In this document: positions 1-6,217 of the stretch, piece by piece | Layout: every line of letters starts with the position of its first letter | Numbering within the stretch: position 1 is the stretch's first letter | Assembly: GCA_037381445.1 (NCBI GenBank) | Contig: JARRQT010000103.1 | Span: 1 to 10,878, forward strand | DNA from: Calditrichia bacterium | GTDB taxonomy: Bacteria; Calditrichota; Calditrichia; RBG-13-44-9 | Reading direction: 5' to 3' | DNA: 10,878 nucleotides | Made by a program: the position numbers and the translations under genes | Notes under the pieces: generated by a model | Databases searched by the model: none | The model's input: only the letters and a program-made list of their open reading frames with translations | What the model was told of the DNA's origin: nothing

Positions 1-698
1 GTGATGCTGAAAATCAACTCCGAGTGATAGAGCGCGTATCCGTTGGTGCCGACCGGCAGGTTATTGCTGTAAAATTTCATCAGGCCTCCGTACATCCGGA
101 CCCGGTACCGCATAGGCTGCGGCCACACCTCCGGTACTTCCGTTCCCGGTGTGAAAGCGGAATACAAACAGGCCGAATCCCCTTTAAATACAAATTTGCT
201 GTGAACGTATTTTTCCAAATCCCTGGTCACATTGTAATATGTGGCGTTCGTTAAATCGTAGGGTTCTCCTGCGATCTGTTTAAATTTCCGGATGTCGCCC
301 CAGAGAGTGAGGCCCAAAAAATCGGGCGTGGTAAATATCAGGGTATCCTTCCGGGAAACCATCGAACATTGACTTTCATTCTCCACCTTGAATTTATATT
401 TCATCATGAGCAGGTTCGGCGCCGGATGCGTATATGAACCGTACATCCAGACCGTATCGGCGGGCTGCCCGTATTGGTAAGGCGTCTGACGGAATTCAAG
501 TTGATCGCTGTCTCCGAAATGGTAAAAGATGACCATCGTATCTCTGATGCTGGCGAAATAGCTCCGGGCTTCCCAGTCGCCTTCTACCGGGCTGCCAGCC
601 TCCGTAAAACCGGAAACGGGCTGCTCGCACTTGTTGCATGAAAGAAAAACTAGCAAGGACAAAAACAGAAATTTTAGTGAGGTGCTGATAGCTTTCAT
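1..698 (-). CDS. Lipoprotein with lipocalin-like beta-rich domain(s); 3' end outside the window (>=232 aa)
   Basis: Translated by hand: ATG at 698, AAGGA Shine-Dalgarno 7 nt upstream, no stop down to position 1. Begins MKAISTSLKFLFLSLLVFLSC (basic N-region, hydrophobic core, lipobox FLS-C21), then ...PVEGDWEARSY...FYHFGDSDQLEF...WMYGSYTH..., a GxW / GSY pattern typical of lipocalin-like lipoprotein domains. Probably absent from the ORF track because it has no stop in the window. Confidence 0.85.
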   Translation of the reverse strand, partial: MKAISTSLKFLFLSLLVFLSCNKCEQPVSGFTEAGSPVEGDWEARSYFASIRDTMVIFYHFGDSDQLEFRQTPYQYGQPADTVWMYGSYTHPAPNLLMMKYKFKVENESQCSMVSRKDTLIFTTPDFLGLTLWGDIRKFKQIAGEPYDLTNATYYNVTRDLEKYVHSKFVFKGDSACLYSAFTPGTEVPEVWPQPMRYRVRMYGGLMKFYSNNLPVGTNGYALYHSELIFSI

Positions 699-716
699 GA
701 TCGAGTCCTTTCTTTA

Positions 717-771
717 GGCAAACGATGAGTCCGGCCCAATGCGGCCGGGCCTGTTTTGAAGCGGTATTGCC
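717..771 (-). promoter_or_regulatory. GC-rich stem-loop in the 5' leader of the 698 lipoprotein gene
   Basis: CCGGCC (731-736) pairs with GGCCGG (743-748) around a 6-nt loop. Outer arms GGCAA (717-721) / TTGCC (767-771) close just upstream of the RBS. Confidence 0.35.
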
Positions 772-858
772 CATGCAAATAAACGTATCATGACAGAAAC
801 TGTTTTTTAATGCCGTTTATATTAAAAAGCCATGTGGCATAACAAAATCAATTTATGG

Positions 859-870
859 ATAATGCATTAT
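859..870. promoter_or_regulatory. Perfect 12-bp palindrome ATAATGCATTAT, candidate operator
   Basis: Self-complementary 12-mer in the AT-rich spacer between the DinB-family gene and the 698 lipoprotein gene. Confidence 0.3.
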
Positions 871-971
871 TAAGTTATTTAACAGGCTGATAAAATGCAA
901 ACAGAAAATAGAAAATGCTGCAGTGGGCACGAAACGGTTGGATGGGTATTCTGCCGGTGGTAGATCTTTTG

Positions 972-1487
972 TCAGGCGACCCCAAATTTTTTCTTCAATT
1001 TGATAATTCTGTTCAAATGATAATCGTCGTGTTCTGTCTGGAAATAGAGTAAATCGCACAGGCGAAGATCGGTTTTTAAACGGGGATGAAATGAGGTCCT
1101 GCCAAAATAGTGCGAATCGAGCGCCTCCAGATTCCGGATATATGCGATCCGCCGTTTTCCGAATTTGTCAAGAATTCCCGCGATTGTTTCTTTGTTAAAA
1201 TCGGCCTCATTTGTTTTTGTGCCGGAAAGGTCGGCAGGACGTAGGCTTTCCAGCCTGTTCAGGTAATCTTCCAATCTGCCCATAAAAAGCAGATCGGTGC
1301 TGTATAAATGGCCCGCATTCTCCTGGATTGACCATTTCCCTTCATCCCTTCGCCTTAATATGTCGGGGGCAAGTTCCCTGACCAGATCAGTCAAATGGGG
1401 CAGGGTCCCTTTAAGTCGGTTAATCATCTCCGGATATGCCTCCACCGGAAAGTCGAAATTAAATTTTCTATCGACCCATTTTTCCAT
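972..1487 (-). CDS. DinB/YfiT superfamily protein (DinB_2-like four-helix bundle; putative metal-dependent thiol S-transferase)
   Basis: 171 aa, no signal peptide. GKWSIQENAGH60L helix motif, HPR motif, C-terminal H153-DDY-H157, giving the three-His metal triad of DinB/YfiT proteins. RBS AGGGG upstream. Confidence 0.88.
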   Translation of the reverse strand: MEKWVDRKFNFDFPVEAYPEMINRLKGTLPHLTDLVRELAPDILRRRDEGKWSIQENAGHLYSTDLLFMGRLEDYLNRLESLRPADLSGTKTNEADFNKETIAGILDKFGKRRIAYIRNLEALDSHYFGRTSFHPRLKTDLRLCDLLYFQTEHDDYHLNRIIKLKKKFGVA

Positions 1488-1500
1488 ATTTATTTCCCCT
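1485..1500 (-). repeat. Translation-initiation region AGGGGAAATAAATATG, copy 1
   Basis: 15/16 identical to 2323-2338; spans the SD and start codon of the DinB-family gene. Confidence 0.6.
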
Positions 1501-1608
1501 TTGCGGCTGATGGTAATTTACATAGAAATAGTTTTGCAGGCTAATCTGGTTGCCGCATAATAATGAACCAACTACAGCACAGTTTCTTTTTTAAATTTCC
1601 CCATATTT

Positions 1609-2325
1609 TTATTTCCACCCGACTATCAGTCCAATACGAAAGCCATCCCAATCGGATGTTGCAACACCTGACTTGCCGTCGTTCAAGCTGCGGGAGCTGT
1701 CGGATAGGTAATAAAGCCGGTTCCCGGCATCATACTCATAGCCTCCCCGCAGGCCAATCAGGAAATGCCCGGCGGCAAATTGCAGTTCCGCCAACGGTAT
1801 AAAACCAACCGAAATGGAACGGAATGGCATCTCACTGGAATATACTCTTTCCAAAATCTCTGTTTCCTGCTTGATGTTCAGGCGGGAATATATGACCAGC
1901 GATTGCAGGGAAATTACAAAATTGATTTTGGCCGTCAGCGGCACAATTCTTTCCAGCAAGAGACCGAAAGCCTGTCGGGTAATGACCATATCCGTTTTTG
2001 CATACCCGGAATAATCCGCATAGTGTATCCTGGCGCCTGTAGAGGCATAATCCCAAACTAATCCGGCAAGACTATATTCGCGAAAGGGAATGGCAGCCTG
2101 CAGTTGAAATCCCGGAGTTGAGGGGAATTCCTGTACGATCTTCGCGTCAATGCCCCAGGTTTGGTAACTGCTGCGTTGAAATTGAGCAAGCGTCTTAAGA
2201 GATTTCATACTATAATAATTGTATCCCACTTGTCCCCGAATCTGCATTGGAAATGAAAAACCGTCATCAGGAGACAAATAAAAAAAGAACAGGCAAATCA
2301 AAATTGTCAATAAAAAGTGTCTCAT
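1609..2325 (-). CDS. Outer-membrane beta-barrel protein, about 8 strands, function unknown (238 aa)
   Basis: Start moved from 2349 to ATG 2325, which has a GAGGGG RBS and lies 13 nt after the upstream stop. Signal peptide MRHFLLTILICLFFFYL.... Alternating amphipathic strands with Gly/aromatic girdle (IRGQVGYNYY, LAGLVWDYAS, LIGLRGGYEY). C-terminal beta-signal-like strand GFRIGLIVGWK. Confidence 0.75.
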   Translation of the reverse strand: MRHFLLTILICLFFFYLSPDDGFSFPMQIRGQVGYNYYSMKSLKTLAQFQRSSYQTWGIDAKIVQEFPSTPGFQLQAAIPFREYSLAGLVWDYASTGARIHYADYSGYAKTDMVITRQAFGLLLERIVPLTAKINFVISLQSLVIYSRLNIKQETEILERVYSSEMPFRSISVGFIPLAELQFAAGHFLIGLRGGYEYDAGNRLYYLSDSSRSLNDGKSGVATSDWDGFRIGLIVGWK

Positions 2326-2338
2326 TTTTATTTCCCCT
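2323..2338 (-). repeat. Translation-initiation region AGGGGAAATAAAAATG, copy 2
   Basis: 15/16 identical to 1485-1500; spans the SD and start codon of the beta-barrel gene. Confidence 0.6.
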
Positions 2339-4195
2339 CTAATTTTCAAGGATCATGTAGAATCCGCGTGCTGAAAACAGCCGGTTGCTGGTGAGCGTAT
2401 AAGCGCCGCCTGATTCTGCCGCCGGGAACTCTCGCAGCAACTGACCCGAATTAAGGTCAAAAATCCGGTAAAGATTACGATCATTCAAGACACCGCCCAA
2501 CTGTTTAAGATGATCATTCAGGCTAAGGTCCACCAGCTCTCCATCTGAATTCCAGGACGTCAATGCGGAAAAATCTGGTATCCTGCGAATGGTAATTTTA
2601 TTGGTTGACGAAACAGTTACAAAACTTTCACCCCCGTCCAGGAATCCGAGAATCGCATCATCCGTTTCATAATAGGGCAGGACAGGAAAAGTATCTGCCG
2701 GTAAGGTGAAAAAGTTATATACTCCGTGACCATCGGAAAAATAATCTTTCTGATCGGCGATGAGTGCGCGGTAGGTAAAGGCCTGTGCCGCCATGTGCAG
2801 CATTAGCTTTGTCTGGTTCATGTCATAAATCAGCAGTCCTATGGGAGCCAGATTCCCGGAATAGCCGGGAGAATACACCGCCAACACCAGGAAATTATCA
2901 TTCGCCACATCCATATCCGTAATGATCAGATCGGGGTGATAGATAACATTCAAATCGTATTCGGCCGCAATCTGCAGGGTTTGGGGATCGATGCGATAGA
3001 ATTTTGAGGATTTGTAGTGTGCGGCATACAGCCATTGTCCATTGTTGGATACGGTAAACAAAAGCTTCCCGGAACCAGAAACCGGCCCGCCCAATGTTTC
3101 TTCTCCGCTGGTCCGGTCGATTTTTTTAAGGCTGTCACCGCTATTCAGAAACCAGGCATCCTGTGCGATGTTCTCCTCCAGATGAGTGTGCGGATAAAAC
3201 CTGCTTCCTGTCCAGGCACTCATCTTACTGCTGCTGCAGAAGTAGGGATTTATCCCGCCTCCTGCGGAAAAGGTGAGAAGGTAAAAATCATAAGCCCGGC
3301 CAAACTGGATATCATTAATCACCCAGGTCGTGTCCTGAATACTTTTATTGGTCTTAATACTGTAATCTACCCCCGTGGATTCGCTCAGCCGAAGGTTGTA
3401 GTATCCAAAATTTAAGGGGAAGGCGCAGGCATTCCAGTTAAGGCTCAGTGAAGAAACACCGACCTGCGAAAATCCCAGGAGCCGGGGATAAGCGGCGTTG
3501 ATTTCCGCGGTATTTCCCTGATATTCGCCATTATCCGTAACAATGGTCACGTGGTAAAAAGCGAGTCCGCCTACGTATTCGTTGTCGATTAGTGAAATCG
3601 TTTTTCTGTCTTTGACCTCACCAATTAGCTTCCATTCGGTTAGTGAGCCTGAAGTTGCTTTCCCCCGGTATATATGATATGCCTGAAAATCATACCGATC
3701 GTATATTTTCCACTTTATGCGCAGCATTCGGTTTTCAACAATCACCTCGGGTTTGGGCGGAGTCGGATAAGCGGAATTATCAATGATGACGGGCCATTCC
3801 TTTTCGATTCTAACTGTCTCGCTGCTGGCAAGGTCTGCAAGGCTTCCCGATCCGGAAGGGGCCTCGATAATCATTCGCAGGCGATGAATGCCATCTTTAA
3901 AATATTCGGTATGAAAAGTAAAGGATTCTATCTGGGTGGAAAAATGGATATTTACTTCATCGATAAAAAATTGAATTTTGCAGTCCGTAAGTTTGCCGGT
4001 ATCCAGAGTATAGTTTATGGTGGTTTTGCCTGAAAAAACGAGTGTATCGGCTGAGCCCGGTAATTGCACCGAAACATCCGGCTGGTCAACTGTTACCTGA
4101 TGATAGTTCTCTCCCGAGGGTTCGAATTCACAGGATGTCATAAAAACTAATCCGGCGAACAGCAGAATGAGGGCTCTTGGAAAAATCATTATCAT
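2339..4195 (-). CDS. Large lipoprotein: Ig-like domain, two FN3-like domains, C-terminal YncE/WD-like beta-propeller-like region
   Basis: 618 aa, lipoprotein signal ending FMTS-C22. Ig-like signature FKDGIHRLRMII. FN3-like strands LRIKWK..DFQAYHIYRG and LSLNWN..FGYYNL..FGRAYDFYL. Blade-like repeats FTVSNNGQWLYA, FYRIDPQTLQI, LLIYDMNQTKL, YRIFDLNSGQL. The start may be ATG 4189, which is better spaced from AAGGA. Gene is secure; domain calls are by eye. Confidence 0.8.
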   Translation of the reverse strand: MIMIFPRALILLFAGLVFMTSCEFEPSGENYHQVTVDQPDVSVQLPGSADTLVFSGKTTINYTLDTGKLTDCKIQFFIDEVNIHFSTQIESFTFHTEYFKDGIHRLRMIIEAPSGSGSLADLASSETVRIEKEWPVIIDNSAYPTPPKPEVIVENRMLRIKWKIYDRYDFQAYHIYRGKATSGSLTEWKLIGEVKDRKTISLIDNEYVGGLAFYHVTIVTDNGEYQGNTAEINAAYPRLLGFSQVGVSSLSLNWNACAFPLNFGYYNLRLSESTGVDYSIKTNKSIQDTTWVINDIQFGRAYDFYLLTFSAGGGINPYFCSSSKMSAWTGSRFYPHTHLEENIAQDAWFLNSGDSLKKIDRTSGEETLGGPVSGSGKLLFTVSNNGQWLYAAHYKSSKFYRIDPQTLQIAAEYDLNVIYHPDLIITDMDVANDNFLVLAVYSPGYSGNLAPIGLLIYDMNQTKLMLHMAAQAFTYRALIADQKDYFSDGHGVYNFFTLPADTFPVLPYYETDDAILGFLDGGESFVTVSSTNKITIRRIPDFSALTSWNSDGELVDLSLNDHLKQLGGVLNDRNLYRIFDLNSGQLLREFPAAESGGAYTLTSNRLFSARGFYMILEN

Positions 4196-4374
4196 ATTCC
4201 TTCCCTGTTTATGATTCTGTCATATTTCATGACGTCAGATAACTGGAAATACCTGAAATTTATGTTATAATATCAATGATTCTTCAAAGCGCTATTATCA
4301 ATAAAGCGGAAATTTGTGCACTAAATCCCTTTGCAAACACATCGTTCTTTGTCTGCGGATGACCCGCTGATTTC

Positions 4375-4418
4375 TCTGGGTTTCCTTATTATAAGCATAA
4401 TAATGGAATTTATCCAGA
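4375..4418. promoter_or_regulatory. Long imperfect inverted repeat with core TTATTAT-AAGC-ATAATAA
   Basis: Perfect 7-4-7 core (4386-4403), extended by TTCC/GGAA (4382-4385 / 4405-4408) and TCTGG/CCAGA (4375-4379 / 4414-4418). Confidence 0.35.
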
Positions 4419-4590
4419 TATTTTTAAGATAATTCTGGCAGGGAGGTATCAGGAAAAGATTCAACTAATATATTTAGCGGAGAGCAGGCTTTTCACCATC
4501 ACTGCCGCGTTCGGGCTTTCTGTGTTTTCCTAATCAACCCCGGGCAATAATGGGCATATTTTGCGGAGCAGGCGTAGTGCGCCCTAACTG

Positions 4591-4610
4591 CCGCTTTTGC
4601 GAAAAAGCAG
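4591..4610 (-). terminator. Stem-loop downstream of the efflux operon, possible weak terminator or 3' stabiliser
   Basis: Minus strand CTGCTTTT-TCGC-AAAAGCGG, an 8-bp stem with one G-U pair, about 43 nt after the TolC-family stop. No U-tract follows. Confidence 0.3.
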
Positions 4611-4653
4611 TAAGCAGGCATTTCATCCTTACAGATAGGCAAAGATAATCGCT

Positions 4654-6195
4654 TCAGTCACTGAAGGTGCGGACGCCGCGCCGTTCCAGCAGGGTGCCTT
4701 CGGAAACATATAAATCCACCAGCGCATTCAGGTACGCCACCATGGCGTTGGCTTCATCCAGGCGGCTGGCGGTCAGGTCCCGCTGGGCCTGCAATACCAG
4801 GAAGTTCGTCGATTTGCCGACCCGGAATTTCTCCTGCTCGGCGGCAAGCTTTTTCTCCTGCAGTTCGCGGGTCACCCGGGTGGCCTCAATCTGCTGGCGG
4901 GAGCGGATCACTTCCACATAGGCGGATCGGATGTCCCACTGCACCAGCTTCTCCATATTCTTCACGGCGAGCTGCTGCTGCTCCAGCGAATAGCGGGTGC
5001 GCGCCAGTTGCGCCGACGCCTGCCGGTTGGGCACCGGGAAGACGAAGGTCAGTCCGCCGGTGACCTGATAAAAGGGGCTGCTCAGATCGGGAAAGGAATT
5101 CCTGAATGATTCCGAGTAGGTGGTCCTGCCCAGGGTGATGAAAAGGTCCAGTTGGGGAAGCAGGCCGTTCCTGGTGCGGGCCAGCTCCAGCTCCCCTTTG
5201 CGCAGCGCCAGGCGGGCCTGCTTCAGATCGGGACGGAATTTCATACCTACCGCTTCATGCACCGCGATGGAATCCAGTGTGTCCGCCGGGACAAACGGCT
5301 GGTCCTGCGGCAGGGTGAAGGTGCTCCAGAATTCCTCTTTTTTGGGATTCAGCAGGTAAAGCAGGTGCAGACGGGACTGCTCGTGGCGGCTCTGGGCGTC
5401 AATCAGCGATCCGCGGCGGGCGGCGACTTCCGCCTCCACCGCCGCCAGCTCCAGGCGCGGCAGTTTGCCCACCGCCACCCGTTCCAGCGATTCGGAAAGC
5501 TGCTGCTGGGCCAGTTGCAGGGACTGTTTCTGAATTTCGGTCTCCCGTCCGGTCAGGTACAACTCCCAATAGCCTTTCTCGATATCGGCGTCCAGTTTTT
5601 CCGCGACCGCCTTCAGCTCCAGCTTTGAGATGTCCACATCCAGGCGCGCCTTGCGAAGACTGGCCAGGTTGGCCCCGAAACCGAATCCGCTGAGCAGACT
5701 CTGGGTAATGGTTACGCCCACATCGCTGCTGTACTGGTCCGTATACAGATTGGAAACCGAGCCGCCCATCCCCATCCCGACTGAGATGAGGGTGCCGGTG
5801 GGAAGGGCCTGGGTGATCTGGGCCCCCACGTCAAATTGTTTGTCTTCAAGATTGAAGGGCGTACGCTGTGCTCCCAGCCGCCGTTCGGAGTGGATGTCAC
5901 TCTGCTGGGCGGTGGCGCTGATTACCGGATCGAACGGGGCCCGTTCTTCCCGGGCATAGGTATTGGCGATTTCCGGCGCCAGCTTCTGAATGGTCACGGT
6001 GGGATTATTTTTCAATCCCATAAAAACAGCGTCCTGCAGGCCCAGCCAGAGGGTGTCGGACACCTGTATTTCGCGGCCCAGGGGCGAAGCGGCGGCGGCG
6101 GACGGTGAAGTGCCTGCCCGGAGCTGGATCAGCGTCCCGAAAATTCCAATGATCAGGATCGATTTATTAACAAGATTTTTTCTGAACAAAAACAT
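4654..6195 (-). CDS. TolC-family outer-membrane efflux channel (OEP)
   Basis: 513 aa with signal peptide. LGLQDAVFMGLKNNP start motif, two OEP repeats (…FDPVISA…ITQSLLSGFG; …LLPQLDL…FVFPVPN), RPDLKQA, and C-terminal EKFRVGKSTNFLVLQAQRDL…ALVDLYVSEG. Lies 22 nt downstream of the RND gene. Confidence 0.93.
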   Translation of the reverse strand: MFLFRKNLVNKSILIIGIFGTLIQLRAGTSPSAAAASPLGREIQVSDTLWLGLQDAVFMGLKNNPTVTIQKLAPEIANTYAREERAPFDPVISATAQQSDIHSERRLGAQRTPFNLEDKQFDVGAQITQALPTGTLISVGMGMGGSVSNLYTDQYSSDVGVTITQSLLSGFGFGANLASLRKARLDVDISKLELKAVAEKLDADIEKGYWELYLTGRETEIQKQSLQLAQQQLSESLERVAVGKLPRLELAAVEAEVAARRGSLIDAQSRHEQSRLHLLYLLNPKKEEFWSTFTLPQDQPFVPADTLDSIAVHEAVGMKFRPDLKQARLALRKGELELARTRNGLLPQLDLFITLGRTTYSESFRNSFPDLSSPFYQVTGGLTFVFPVPNRQASAQLARTRYSLEQQQLAVKNMEKLVQWDIRSAYVEVIRSRQQIEATRVTRELQEKKLAAEQEKFRVGKSTNFLVLQAQRDLTASRLDEANAMVAYLNALVDLYVSEGTLLERRGVRTFSD

Positions 6196-6217
6196 CGTAA
6201 AACTCTTTCAAAATGGA

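Noticed and set aside
717..760. GGCAAAC resembling the c-di-GMP-I riboswitch start
   Set aside because: It is on the plus strand, opposite to the adjacent gene, and lacks the GNRA loop, tetraloop receptor and second stem.
496..774. 92-aa minus-strand ORF, and 24-254 on the plus strand
   Set aside because: Out-of-frame or antisense overlaps of the lipoprotein starting at 698.
2326..2349. Longer start for the beta-barrel gene
   Set aside because: Overlaps the upstream gene and reads through the GAGGGG RBS. ATG 2325 gives a normal signal peptide.
853..4033. Small ORFs overlapping the DinB, barrel and lipoprotein genes (853-1059, 1297-1560, 1563-1802, 1765-2061, 1814-2014, 1832-2056, 2950-3138, 3017-3415, 3674-4033)
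   Set aside because: They overlap better-supported genes and show no motifs or convincing start context.
4440..4447. Strong SD-like AGGGAGGT on the plus strand in the spacer
   Set aside because: No ATG, GTG or TTG follows at a usable distance.
4536..4656. Selenocysteine or readthrough at the TolC-family TGA (about 40 open codons follow)
   Set aside because: The protein is already complete at its usual C-terminus, there is no redox motif, and I see no SECIS-like hairpin directly 3' of the TGA.
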